A DNA stretch of 64,000 nt from a virus, in the IMG/VR virus record IMGVR_UViG_3300028840_003851; one strand, 5' to 3'. Positions within the stretch are counted from its first letter, which is position 1. The number at the start of each line of letters is the position of its first letter. Shown here piece by piece: positions 32,213 through 41,845 of this stretch. The position numbers were made by a program, and so were the translations under genes. Below the pieces are notes generated by a model. It searched no databases. It was not told the origin of the DNA and worked only from the letters and a program-made list of their open reading frames with translations.

Positions 32213-32296
32213 GGTGGACAGTGATGGAATCGAACCACGCGCCTCACAGCAGCTGGGTTACAGCCAGCCCAGTCTCCAAGACTGTATGCACCGTCC
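32213..32296 (-). tRNA. tRNA-Tyr(GTA)
   Basis: GGACGGT/ACTGTCC acceptor, GCTGG-CTGTAAC-CCAGC, variable arm, TTCGATT T-loop; unusual 5-bp D-stem CAGTC/GACTG. Confidence 0.85.
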
Positions 32297-32300
32297 TAAA

Positions 32301-32335
32301 CGATGAAAGGCCACCCGAGGGCGGCCTTTCATTCG
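32301..32335 (-). terminator. Hairpin with flanking A/U tracts just upstream of tRNA-Tyr
   Basis: Minus strand: ATGAAAGGCCGCC-CTCG-GGTGGCCTTTCAT. Confidence 0.65.
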
Positions 32336-32439
32336 CATATGCCTGTATCCCTCGGGCCTACATTGGGGTCCTCCAATACTCCTCGAGGTTTGTAAACAGG
32401 CTAGTCATTGTCCTCACAATAGCGAAGATGCGAAGGATG

Positions 32440-32808
32440 TCAACCTCTGACATCCTTCCCCACCTTTTTTAGGTACTCGTTCAGCTTGTCCGGGTCATCA
32501 AGGAGCTCTTTGACGTCCTCCTTCTGCTCGTCGGTGACCTTCTTGACCTCCTCCTCGTGCCTCTCCTCGACCTCCTGAACCTTCTTATCGTGCTCCTCCT
32601 CGGCCTTGCGGACGTCCTCGTCGTGCTTCTCCTTGATGCGAATACGCTCCTTCTCTGCCTCAATCTCCTCCTCTGAGGGGCCTGATGGCGTAGGAGCTCG
32701 CCGCTGGGAAACAGCTGTGATGATACCTACAACGATGCCGACGGGGAACAGGATGTACTTCCAGTACCGCTTGAGCCACGCCCACACCTTCTTCAGAAAG
32801 AGCATCAT
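32440..32808 (-). CDS. N-terminal membrane anchor + charged coiled coil (lysis/spanin-like candidate)
   Basis: KKVWAWLKRYWKYILFPVGIVVGIITAV followed by an E/K-rich helix. Confidence 0.75.
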   Translation of the reverse strand: MMLFLKKVWAWLKRYWKYILFPVGIVVGIITAVSQRRAPTPSGPSEEEIEAEKERIRIKEKHDEDVRKAEEEHDKKVQEVEERHEEEVKKVTDEQKEDVKELLDDPDKLNEYLKKVGKDVRG

Positions 32809-33197
32809 TCATTCTTCTCTGTGGGGTTGGTAGCCGTCGTTAGCTCCTCCTCACTCTTCAGCCCAGCCTTCTTGAGGATGAGCATCTTCAGAATCTTGTA
32901 GAGCATCGACGACAGGGAGCCAATGACCATCCCATACACCACAGCCACCTGATAGCTCTCGATGCCTGAGGGAAGAACAGAGGTACCCTTTAGCGCAGCA
33001 CCCACACACCCACCAATAGTGATTGGGATGAGGTACAGAAACACCTGATTCCACCACCTAGAGAAGGTTGTCTTGTAGGGCTTCTCCTTTAGATGTGGTT
33101 GAGCTGTCTCTACAATCTTTCGGATGCCCAACGTGATGACGTAGCAGCCAGCCCCAAACAGAGCTAACCAGACTATCTCTCCTAACAGCTTATCCAC
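32805..33197 (-). CDS. Holin-like protein (about 3 TM)
   Basis: AAGGAG RBS; three hydrophobic segments; charged C-terminus. Confidence 0.7.
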   Translation of the reverse strand: MDKLLGEIVWLALFGAGCYVITLGIRKIVETAQPHLKEKPYKTTFSRWWNQVFLYLIPITIGGCVGAALKGTSVLPSGIESYQVAVVYGMVIGSLSSMLYKILKMLILKKAGLKSEEELTTATNPTEKNE

Positions 33198-33208
33198 GAC
33201 TACTCCTT

Positions 33209-36200
33209 CTACGGAATTGGGTCACCGTACTCAATCAAAGCTATTCTAGCAAGGTTCCTAAACATAAGCTCCCCGTCTATTATCACCTGAGATGATGTTG
33301 GAGAGACAAACCCCCACCAGCGAACCAGACCTACGTTAAGCTGGTATGCAGTCGACGAGTCTAAAACCTGTCCTGGGTAGGGGACGGCCGAAGGTGGTGT
33401 CGACTTTATATAGAACGTTATGATTCCATTGTCTGCACCGTCGTACCCACAGTTGTTTCCCACAAGAATACCGCCCAAAGACGCCCCGCGAACAGCAGCT
33501 CCGTTTCTACCGAACAATATCTGTGTATGCGTTAGACCGCTGTTGTTGTCCTTTATCGTATTGTTAGTAATTACGAAACAGTCCTTAAGCGCGGCACCTG
33601 GTGCGTACCACAACCCATACGAGCTGCAATTATGTATTATATTATCTTGTACACGTACATCTGTAATATACTGACCTCCAAGCTCCGACACTAGCGCCGC
33701 ACCCACAAGGCAGTTGTCTATATCGCAGCCACGTATAGTAACTCCGGTGACATCGTCGTGTGCAGGGTCCAAGGATAAGAACACTCCAAGTCCAGGTACA
33801 TTCTTGATTAATGAGTCATGAAGCTCGAATCCGTTAGCCTCATCTAGGGTACCAGAGAATATGTGTATAGCCGAACCGCTACCACCTGTTCCTAGCTGTC
33901 TAAACGTACAGTCCTTTAATACTAGACTGCCGTTGCTTACAGCCATCAGAGCAGCAATATCACATATTTCCGCATTACCGGTACCGTCTATGACTAACCT
34001 AGATATGGACCCATTAGACCCGAACGGGGAATCCCCCGCTATAACCACTCTATAGTCAGGGTCAGCTGCTGCGGGGGCGAAATCATTAGCTATGTTCTCG
34101 ATAAATATTCCATCTACGTCGTAAGACTTTGCTCCACCAAGCATGAGGTCACATGCGCTAACGCTGTCTCCCAGACGACGTATAGTGCGGAAAAATGAGA
34201 GATTATTAATCACTAAATTATCCGCACTGATATAGAATGATGCTACTGTGGAAGATTTTCCTACACCTACCTCGGCGGCGAAGGTTCCATGAGGTACTGC
34301 AGTTGTGTATGTACCTGACTCAAACCCCCACTGTACATCTCGTATAGTTACCTTATTTGGTCTATACCCAGTGCTAGAGGCTTGCCACCCACCTACATAT
34401 AGAGGCGCAATTTCGGTGTCTTGTCCGGGACATGTCCATCTACCGCCCTCAATCCTAAGATGGTTCAGTGTAAAAGCTGATGTCCCGTTAAACCCTCTAA
34501 GGTACAGCAGAATACTGTTCTGCGAGGCCCCGAACCAGTTTGCCTCTACTCTACAGCGCACGAACACTAGGTCGTGAACAGTGAGTACCGGACCTATAGC
34601 AGGATGCTCAATGTCGACAGCCCCTACGTTCTCGCTAAGGTTACCTCCTACAGAGGAGCATCCGAACAACTTTAGCTGACAATCTTCAAATACTACGTCG
34701 TTTACGTCGGCAGTATCCCCCAATCCAACGAGGTTCGTGCTTATGCGCATAGGAGGGTGCTCACCTGTCATAGTGAAGAAACACCCTTCTGCCTTTACCC
34801 CTGAGGTTACGACACCATCACTGCTTGGACGTATGTGCACTGCAGGACCGTACTGCTGTCTGAGTCGTGAGTCCTTTAGGTAGCATGCGTAGGTGTTGTA
34901 GTTAGTCAGCGTAGGGGCTACTTGAAGTGTTATATCGTACACATAAGACCGCTCTACCTTGACGAAGTTAGAAGCAGAGATACTCACAGCGCCTGCAACG
35001 GTGTTCTGCAGGTACAGGTCTCGTATCACTATACTATTTAGGGATATGTTCCCATTCAGGAAGACAATAGAGGATGTACCCATACCCTCCAGCACTAGGT
35101 TAGACGGGATAGAGGACGTGTGGAAGGAGTTGTACACACCTTCCTTTACTTGTATGTGCAGTATAGTAGCAGGAGACCCTAGCCCGCTAAAGGCGGATAG
35201 AACCTCCGTGATGGCGGATGCTCCATTGAAGTCTCCAAAGCTGTTTACCCCATCACCCACGGTAACCTTGAACTTGGCGTTTAATAGCCGCATAAGGCTG
35301 GGTCGGATGCCTATTGTGCTTGGGTCAGACTCTATAAGTCTAGGGAACCTTGCTCCGTCAGACGCCAACCCCTCAGTAAGAGGAACAGGGCGTGGGGAGG
35401 CCATCATAAGCGTGTTGACATCTTGAAAACGTATCGTAAAGTCAGACGACCAGCAAGACGGTACAAATCCGCTTGTCTCCCTTACGCTGAAGATGTTGCT
35501 ACCGCCTGAGAAGGCTACGTTAAATACCCCTCCATCCACAAAATCTGCGTTAGTATCTACCTCTACATCAATGAAGTTATGCCCTATAAACGCTAGGGGA
35601 TTAGAGCCGGATGGTGTCTCTATCTTAGTGAGCTGTATCGCGTCAACAGCCCCATCCCCTCCAACGCGCCTGAACGCCTCCAGTAGGACGCGCAAAACCT
35701 CTCCAGGTATTAGATGAGCAGACCTGATAGACTCCCCCAACAGCCCACTAAGAGTAGGAGGAGTACCGGTAGATATCCCAGCAAAGCTAGAGCGTTCTCC
35801 GTAGATGACTCTGTACTGAACTCCGGCCGGTATCGGGGTATTGAAGAAGATGCGAGGGTTTGTCTGGAACCCGTTCCCTACGACAGGCAGACCTCCGCCA
35901 TCGTCAACAGCGTTAACGTACACCCGGATGCCCGTAGATAGAACCAGCTCGTGCATTGTATTGGGGTCTACGACGCTGAACAGCCTACCGTGCGTCTCTA
36001 GCGTGTCTGGTGTCCCAGCCTCCCCGACGAACACCTCTCCGGTGATGGTAGTGTTGTTGATTCCGAAGAGAGGAGTACTATCCCTGTACGTTACCTTGGG
36101 GATGCTGCTACTCAGAATGTTGTCTAGGAAGTCTGTGTTCTCTGCTAAAGCCCTATGTGCCCTGTTTCCATACAGAGACTCCGCGTCCTCACCGAAGTCT

Positions 36201-36358
36201 ATGAAGTAGGTCCCAGGGAAGCTACCGCCTGCCTTAGCTCCATCTGCCGGTGCTTGAGAGAACGGTGCTGCCGGGTCGTTGTTGATGTAGTCGTACCCTA
36301 CGGGGGGCCAAGGAACAGGTAGGTAGTAGGTCGGCGTGGTTAGTCTGTGAAACGGCAT
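33209..36358 (-). CDS. Tailspike with parallel beta-helix (pectate-lyase-like) domain
   Basis: Repeats GVTIRGCDIDNC / DVRVQDNIIHNC / FVITNNTIKDNN. Confidence 0.85.
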   Translation of the reverse strand: MPFHRLTTPTYYLPVPWPPVGYDYINNDPAAPFSQAPADGAKAGGSFPGTYFIDFGEDAESLYGNRAHRALAENTDFLDNILSSSIPKVTYRDSTPLFGINNTTITGEVFVGEAGTPDTLETHGRLFSVVDPNTMHELVLSTGIRVYVNAVDDGGGLPVVGNGFQTNPRIFFNTPIPAGVQYRVIYGERSSFAGISTGTPPTLSGLLGESIRSAHLIPGEVLRVLLEAFRRVGGDGAVDAIQLTKIETPSGSNPLAFIGHNFIDVEVDTNADFVDGGVFNVAFSGGSNIFSVRETSGFVPSCWSSDFTIRFQDVNTLMMASPRPVPLTEGLASDGARFPRLIESDPSTIGIRPSLMRLLNAKFKVTVGDGVNSFGDFNGASAITEVLSAFSGLGSPATILHIQVKEGVYNSFHTSSIPSNLVLEGMGTSSIVFLNGNISLNSIVIRDLYLQNTVAGAVSISASNFVKVERSYVYDITLQVAPTLTNYNTYACYLKDSRLRQQYGPAVHIRPSSDGVVTSGVKAEGCFFTMTGEHPPMRISTNLVGLGDTADVNDVVFEDCQLKLFGCSSVGGNLSENVGAVDIEHPAIGPVLTVHDLVFVRCRVEANWFGASQNSILLYLRGFNGTSAFTLNHLRIEGGRWTCPGQDTEIAPLYVGGWQASSTGYRPNKVTIRDVQWGFESGTYTTAVPHGTFAAEVGVGKSSTVASFYISADNLVINNLSFFRTIRRLGDSVSACDLMLGGAKSYDVDGIFIENIANDFAPAAADPDYRVVIAGDSPFGSNGSISRLVIDGTGNAEICDIAALMAVSNGSLVLKDCTFRQLGTGGSGSAIHIFSGTLDEANGFELHDSLIKNVPGLGVFLSLDPAHDDVTGVTIRGCDIDNCLVGAALVSELGGQYITDVRVQDNIIHNCSSYGLWYAPGAALKDCFVITNNTIKDNNSGLTHTQILFGRNGAAVRGASLGGILVGNNCGYDGADNGIITFYIKSTPPSAVPYPGQVLDSSTAYQLNVGLVRWWGFVSPTSSQVIIDGELMFRNLARIALIEYGDPIP

Positions 36359-36367
36359 CCTCGGCTC

Positions 36368-37006
36368 CTAGAACTGGAAGGTCCAGCGTACCTCAATCTC
36401 GATTGCGGAGGTCTTGCTTATTGTATCAACAGTGTCGTACGCAACCATGTACCCCGCGTTGTACTGAAAAGCTGGGTTTGCTGCAGCCGTGAACAGCCCA
36501 AGCTCAGAGATGGGCACGGTGAGGTAGGGCCCATAGCTAATCTCCAGCTGCGTGAATACCCTAAAGAACGTCACTGACTGTGGCGTGGGCCATGTAGGAG
36601 GGGCGGCTACCTGACCTATCCACTCGTCTGTTCCGATAGGAGGTCCCCCTCCAGGGTCACCGGTGACCCTTACCGGTCTCTCCAGCTGAGACACCGTAGG
36701 TAGCAAGTCTGTCTGGTTGTTCGTACCAGGGTAGTCAGCCAGCAGTGCCCCCGAGTTAGCTGTAGGAAGGGCGAGCTGCCTTGTACCTCCTATGCCCAGC
36801 CCCATGTACTTGATGCGGTCGTCCCTCTGCGTAGTCTCCGGGAAAAAGCTTATGTACGCAATAAGCTCGGCCAGCCACTGTCTACCGACATCCAGGAAGA
36901 TGTTGTGTCCCTCTCTTCGGTCCACTATCTTCCCTCGCTCTCTAGCTACCAGAGTGAGGTTCTGCTTAACCTCGATGTCATCCTTCAGGTTTATTAGACC
37001 CTTCAT
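36368..37006 (-). CDS. Tail-collar/baseplate-fibre connector-like protein (paralog B)
   Basis: RERGKIVDRREGHNIFLDVGRQWLA...MGLGIGG...ISELGLF...KTSAIEIEVRWTF. Confidence 0.75.
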   Translation of the reverse strand: MKGLINLKDDIEVKQNLTLVARERGKIVDRREGHNIFLDVGRQWLAELIAYISFFPETTQRDDRIKYMGLGIGGTRQLALPTANSGALLADYPGTNNQTDLLPTVSQLERPVRVTGDPGGGPPIGTDEWIGQVAAPPTWPTPQSVTFFRVFTQLEISYGPYLTVPISELGLFTAAANPAFQYNAGYMVAYDTVDTISKTSAIEIEVRWTFQF

Positions 37007-37666
37007 CTAGAACCTCACGTGCCAGATTATCTCTAGCGTATGTGCCGTAGTCATGATTACTGCGGGGAAGTTATGGTACGCGAATAGAGTGTTTCCGTAG
37101 GGAAACCCAGTAGGGTTAAGAGAGAAGTTGTTGTATAACCCCGCCTCTGAGATGGGCATCTCAGTGAACGTACCGTAAACGACATGCCCTAAAGACCCAT
37201 CCAGTATAATTCTGTATGCCGTGGAGTACGGAGTTGGATGGGTGATTATGCCGCCATACGGCCACCCAGGGGCCATGTCTACCAACCACTCGTCTATCAG
37301 AGTAGGTACAGAGTACGGATTCTGAGAGCCGAACACACGTACAGGAAGCTCTAGTGTGGTTATTGTAGGGGATATAGGGCAGTAGTCCTTGTACTCAAAA
37401 CCTGACGTACCGTGCGGGTCAAACCCTACGGGGTACGCAAGAGATATCGGGGGAGATGTTACCATCGCCTGCTCAGTTTGCTCTATACCGCCTATACCTA
37501 CCCCCATGTAGCGTATGCTCCTGGGGTCCGCGGGTACGTCTCCTGGCAGTAGACTTATATAGTTAGACAGCCACTGTCTACCGAGGTCTACAAAAACATT
37601 GTGACCTTCTCTCCTGGCTACTATCTTTCCCCTCTCGCGAAGGGTGATGAACACATTAGCTTTCAC
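37007..37666 (-). CDS. Tail-collar/baseplate-fibre connector-like protein (paralog A; start moved to GTG 37666)
   Basis: RERGKIVARREGHNVFVDLGRQWLS...MGVGIGG...ISEAGLY; GTGA overlap with the upstream stop. Confidence 0.75.
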   Translation of the reverse strand: MKANVFITLRERGKIVARREGHNVFVDLGRQWLSNYISLLPGDVPADPRSIRYMGVGIGGIEQTEQAMVTSPPISLAYPVGFDPHGTSGFEYKDYCPISPTITTLELPVRVFGSQNPYSVPTLIDEWLVDMAPGWPYGGIITHPTPYSTAYRIILDGSLGHVVYGTFTEMPISEAGLYNNFSLNPTGFPYGNTLFAYHNFPAVIMTTAHTLEIIWHVRF

Positions 37667-40600
37667 ATCGGCCCCAAAGAGTAGCTGTACAGCCCGGCAG
37701 GTATTACTAGACCGTACTTCTGCCACCAATATACAGGATTATTGAGCGCGTCCCTCTCCTCCTGAACTACCGCTATACGCACTCTAGTCCATGGAGGGGC
37801 CGGGTCTCCTGTAGTTTCATACAACCTTACATCTACTGTATCGGCAGCTTTAATGGATAAAGCTAAGGCCGCGTGAAGCTCAGTGTTAGGATTCTGAGCA
37901 TCAAACGGTATAGATGCAGCCAAAAACCCGCCTATATTTACCTCAACCACGTAGCCATTCGATGCGCCAACGATACCGTACACCAAGAGGTCCAAGCGCA
38001 CTAGCTCACCTTCAAAGGGGGATATCGAAGGACCCAGAGACAGCGGGAGCACGGGAGCTGGGTCTAGGAATACGTGAGTCGTGCTTACTGGGTCGTTCGG
38101 AGGGAACTCAGAGGCCGGGGTTATCAAAGTAGGCGCTGCAAACGTCACTGTGACGTTTGCGTATATCGGGTCGTCAGGGCACAGATACGCTTTGTCGTAC
38201 CCCCAAAGAATCTCGGCATCAGGCACAGGAGCAACAGGCGGAGGGTCGTTCGGGTCCGGGTTTGAATCGTACTGGTTGCGCCACCCGCCCCCTCCGCATC
38301 TGGGGTCATCCCACGTAAGCCCTATGCCCAACCACTTAGAGCCGTCACACGGGACATCCGTTACTATTACAGTTACAGATGCCTCCGTCTGGTCTGTGAC
38401 GTCTATCTCGGAGTCCTCCGCCGCCAACAGCACTACTAGCTTTGGGTACGTGTACTTGGGCTTAACACGTAGCACGAACTCGTGTGCGAATATCAGAGCA
38501 GACAGGTTAAACACCGTACTGTCCACCCTGAGCATGAACCTAAAGAACTTCTCTATCTCCCTTAGGTGGCCCTGGTTAAGGTACCCAACAAACCAGTCTG
38601 GGTCGTTAACGTAGTCCAGTATCTCGGCACCGGTCACAAGGGGGGCGAACTGCGGTACCTCATCCCCCTCTGTCCACCTCTCCCCCGTGGAGAAGTCTAC
38701 CTCCATCTCTAGGTCTCTAGGGAAGGTATACGACCTTACTATCTCCGGATTGGCGGTATCTCGTATTAGAATCCTGCCCTCATTGGGGGAGAAGTCTGTT
38801 CGTATCTCCTCAATAGTACCTGTCTCCTCTGCGAACGGGAGCCCAAGTAGAATCTGCACCCCTACACGCAGGTTGTACAAGGTGGGAGAGTGGGAGTAGG
38901 CGTACCATAAACCTCTAACGGCAGACAGATAGTCAACGCCGCTTGAAAGGGTGTCTAGGTCGTCTAGAGTAAAGCTTACAGGAATTCCGAAGTTTGCCTC
39001 TATGCGCTCGCTGTTGTCTAGATAGCTGTACTCAGCCCAAAGACGGTCAGGAGGCGTCTCTCCTTCCCAAACGTCCAGACCGTTAACATCTGCTACAAAT
39101 CGTATACAGGGGACATCCCTAAAGGTGTCTAGGTAGAAATCTAGATTGCGCCTAAGAACCTCTGCCTCATCCTCTATCACTATCTTGTCGCGCAACGTCG
39201 GTACGTCTACAACTAGCTCTGAGCGCGGAATGTACCTCCTCCGCACAACCTTAGCTAGACGCACCCTGTACTCATCTGGTCTGTACAGATACGCTCCTAG
39301 GGGTGTCGGGTCAACCTGCACCTCCTCCGGAACACCCTCGCACACCCCTAGCACTGTAGTGTGTACAATCTCGTATTCCTGTGCGGCGGGGGCGAGGTCT
39401 GGGTCTATTCCTAGGACCTCAAAGTATACGTGGTCCCCCACCGTAACCAGCCCTTTGTAGAAGTCCAACAGCTCCGAACGCGTGGCCGCACCTATGGACC
39501 ACTCAGTACCCACAGTAACAGGGAGAGCGTCTTTTAGCGTAATACGTTGGTACGCTAGAGGGTCTGATGCGTCATCTTGAACGCGTAGAATACGGTACCC
39601 AATACCACCAACAAGGAGAACGTCGTTCTCCTGAACTCCCAGACCCTCTAATGAGATGCTGGTACGGTATGTTCTCTCCGCTACGCCCGCCCCAGAGGAG
39701 CCTTTCGGGTAGATGCTTGACGAGCGAGGCAGGATAGAGCTGGGTATGGTACTAGTAGCCTCCACTGTGAACGGGAACGGGGCGTATATTCTGACGTACC
39801 CGTCGTAAGGAGCGGGGGCAGAGCTCCTGTCCACCACAGGCTGTATTGTGAAACCGTACCTAGCCAGCGCTCCTACGAGCTCATTTACAAGCTCTCCGTA
39901 GGTAAATGGGTCCGGTCCTGTGAACGTGTAGGATACCTCCTGTCCCAGAAAAGACAGGACTATAGTAGACGCAGACACGCCAGCTACTCCTGCAGAGGGA
40001 ATCAGAGAGGTGGTGACACCCTCCCACAGCGCTCTTATCTGGGTCAGCTCTGGTAGCGGTTCGGCCAGTAGGGGGTCATAGTGCAGCCACCTGCGCACGA
40101 ACTGTCGCTGGATGTCCCTTAAAGACTTTGAGTAGTCTATCTGCCACAGCGTGTACAGCTCCGATGCTGTCACCTGTGCAAGGGCAGACCAGAAGGTTGC
40201 AATAGGCTCCTTCTCCTCGACAAGCCTCCAAAAGTCACCAAGGTACGACCAGATAAAGGATAAGTCTGGAGTGCATCCTCTAGGAAGCGGAGACTCTAGA
40301 ACGTTTACAATGGTCTGACTGGCCTCAGAGTAGTTCTGGCCATCGAACACGGTAAGCTCAAAGGAGTAGAACCCAGGCTTGTCCGGTAGGAATGTTGGAT
40401 GTACCTCAGTGGCGTCACGCACGCCTCGTTGCCTTAACACCTTAAAGGACACGCCGCTGCTAACCGTCATATCCGCTTGCGATGGAGGTACGGTCATGTA
40501 CACATCACCACCTACTACGCCCACAGTGTCTACAACCCGCGCTATTCCGTTAAGCTGTATGATGTCTCCGGGAAGAACAGGGTCTGTGGTGTGTGGGATA

Positions 40601-41493
40601 GACAGCTCTGTAGACCTTATCTCATCTGCGGCTACGATATTACCGTCGTTAAGCTCTAATGCATTCTCACTTCCGATAGGAGCGTCTGTAAGGTGCCACT
40701 CGTACGCAAGAGGAGCTCCCTCTGGGTCGAACGAGGCAGAACCATCTAGCTCTACAATGCTGCACGACCTGACCGCCTGGTCATCCCCTGCGTCAGCGAT
40801 AGGTATTACGTTAGGTATCAGCACCGCATCAGTCATCTGTATTCGGTCTAGGTACACTAACGCCTCGGACCCGTACTCTCCACACACACTAACTACCGTT
40901 CGGTCCACGGCAGAGAACGCCAAGATGTCAGCGTCTATCAACGGCATCACAGCTCTAAGCTGGTAGGTGGGCAGCTCGCTCTTAGGGGTTACAAATATAT
41001 ACGCCGCATTGATGATGGTGCTCACCGCCATGCGGATGTTGAGCATCAAGCCCTCCTTGATGTACTCGTAGCTCCCAGGAATAATCTGAGTGGCGCTGCC
41101 TACGCTCATAAGCTGCGAGGCGTCGTGAATCACGCCTCCGCCGTACATCATACCTACCTTAGACAAGAACAGTCCGGCACACGCCCCTGTAGCATTCAGG
41201 GCTCCCACGAATACGTGCTGCGTGGTGACGTGCGTGAAGTCTACCGGCAACGACGCTGTGTAAATGTTCCACTCAAGCGTGAACTCAGGCTCTACGGCAA
41301 GTCCTATGTAGATGTAGGCACTTCCCGGGTCACCCGTAGGACCTGGAACCTGTATAGCTAGGTCATCAGCGTAGGGTGGGGGTCCACCGTAGAAGTGATT
41401 ACCTGGGCTTGTAGTTACAGAAGGCCCTCCCGGCAGATTTATAATCTGCGTCGCAGGGGGGTAGGTACCGTCGTAGTAGTCGTATGCGGCCAT
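37663..41493 (-). CDS. Large baseplate wedge protein with PKD/REJ Ig-like domain
   Basis: PIADAGDDQAV...LDGSASFDPEG...YSFELTVFDG; PTLYNLRVGVQILLGLP; downstream of baseplate J. Confidence 0.8.
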   Translation of the reverse strand: MAAYDYYDGTYPPATQIINLPGGPSVTTSPGNHFYGGPPPYADDLAIQVPGPTGDPGSAYIYIGLAVEPEFTLEWNIYTASLPVDFTHVTTQHVFVGALNATGACAGLFLSKVGMMYGGGVIHDASQLMSVGSATQIIPGSYEYIKEGLMLNIRMAVSTIINAAYIFVTPKSELPTYQLRAVMPLIDADILAFSAVDRTVVSVCGEYGSEALVYLDRIQMTDAVLIPNVIPIADAGDDQAVRSCSIVELDGSASFDPEGAPLAYEWHLTDAPIGSENALELNDGNIVAADEIRSTELSIPHTTDPVLPGDIIQLNGIARVVDTVGVVGGDVYMTVPPSQADMTVSSGVSFKVLRQRGVRDATEVHPTFLPDKPGFYSFELTVFDGQNYSEASQTIVNVLESPLPRGCTPDLSFIWSYLGDFWRLVEEKEPIATFWSALAQVTASELYTLWQIDYSKSLRDIQRQFVRRWLHYDPLLAEPLPELTQIRALWEGVTTSLIPSAGVAGVSASTIVLSFLGQEVSYTFTGPDPFTYGELVNELVGALARYGFTIQPVVDRSSAPAPYDGYVRIYAPFPFTVEATSTIPSSILPRSSSIYPKGSSGAGVAERTYRTSISLEGLGVQENDVLLVGGIGYRILRVQDDASDPLAYQRITLKDALPVTVGTEWSIGAATRSELLDFYKGLVTVGDHVYFEVLGIDPDLAPAAQEYEIVHTTVLGVCEGVPEEVQVDPTPLGAYLYRPDEYRVRLAKVVRRRYIPRSELVVDVPTLRDKIVIEDEAEVLRRNLDFYLDTFRDVPCIRFVADVNGLDVWEGETPPDRLWAEYSYLDNSERIEANFGIPVSFTLDDLDTLSSGVDYLSAVRGLWYAYSHSPTLYNLRVGVQILLGLPFAEETGTIEEIRTDFSPNEGRILIRDTANPEIVRSYTFPRDLEMEVDFSTGERWTEGDEVPQFAPLVTGAEILDYVNDPDWFVGYLNQGHLREIEKFFRFMLRVDSTVFNLSALIFAHEFVLRVKPKYTYPKLVVLLAAEDSEIDVTDQTEASVTVIVTDVPCDGSKWLGIGLTWDDPRCGGGGWRNQYDSNPDPNDPPPVAPVPDAEILWGYDKAYLCPDDPIYANVTVTFAAPTLITPASEFPPNDPVSTTHVFLDPAPVLPLSLGPSISPFEGELVRLDLLVYGIVGASNGYVVEVNIGGFLAASIPFDAQNPNTELHAALALSIKAADTVDVRLYETTGDPAPPWTRVRIAVVQEERDALNNPVYWWQKYGLVIPAGLYSYSLGPM

Positions 41494-41495
41494 CT

Positions 41496-41524
41496 TTGAC
41501 TTTCTTCCTCTACAAGCCTATCTT
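41496..41524 (+). promoter_or_regulatory. Sigma70-type promoter, probable leaderless start
   Basis: TTGACT-17 nt-TATCTT-6 nt-ATG (41531). Confidence 0.65.
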
Positions 41525-41530
41525 TTCCTC

Positions 41531-41845
41531 ATGCCAGTTTACACCGAGCTAGACCCTGTTCTTGTCTGGAAGGCGATAGAGGGAGTGGAGAATGCGCTTG
41601 AGGGGCCTGCCAAGTCTCAAGAGACCTTCTACCGACAGTTTGAGTGTCCCCGTTGCCGCGTCCCACTGCAAAAAGAGTTCGACTCTCGGCACGCGTTCGC
41701 CGACGACACCAGTGTTGTAGCTAGAGCTCTTCTTCGTTGCACTCACTGTCAATACCTCATAGACCCGCACACTAGCGTCGTTCTGGAGTTTGGAGATGCC
41801 TCAAAGATACCTCATGACATAATCCCTATTGTAGGAAAAGATTAG
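41531..41845 (+). CDS. Lone antisense-oriented zinc-ribbon protein
   Basis: CPRC...CTHC; the only plus-strand gene inside the baseplate operon. Confidence 0.8.
   Translation: MPVYTELDPVLVWKAIEGVENALEGPAKSQETFYRQFECPRCRVPLQKEFDSRHAFADDTSVVARALLRCTHCQYLIDPHTSVVLEFGDASKIPHDIIPIVGKD

Noticed and set aside
31699-32472. Short ORFs across the tRNA cluster
   Set aside because: They are translations of tRNA genes and spacers.
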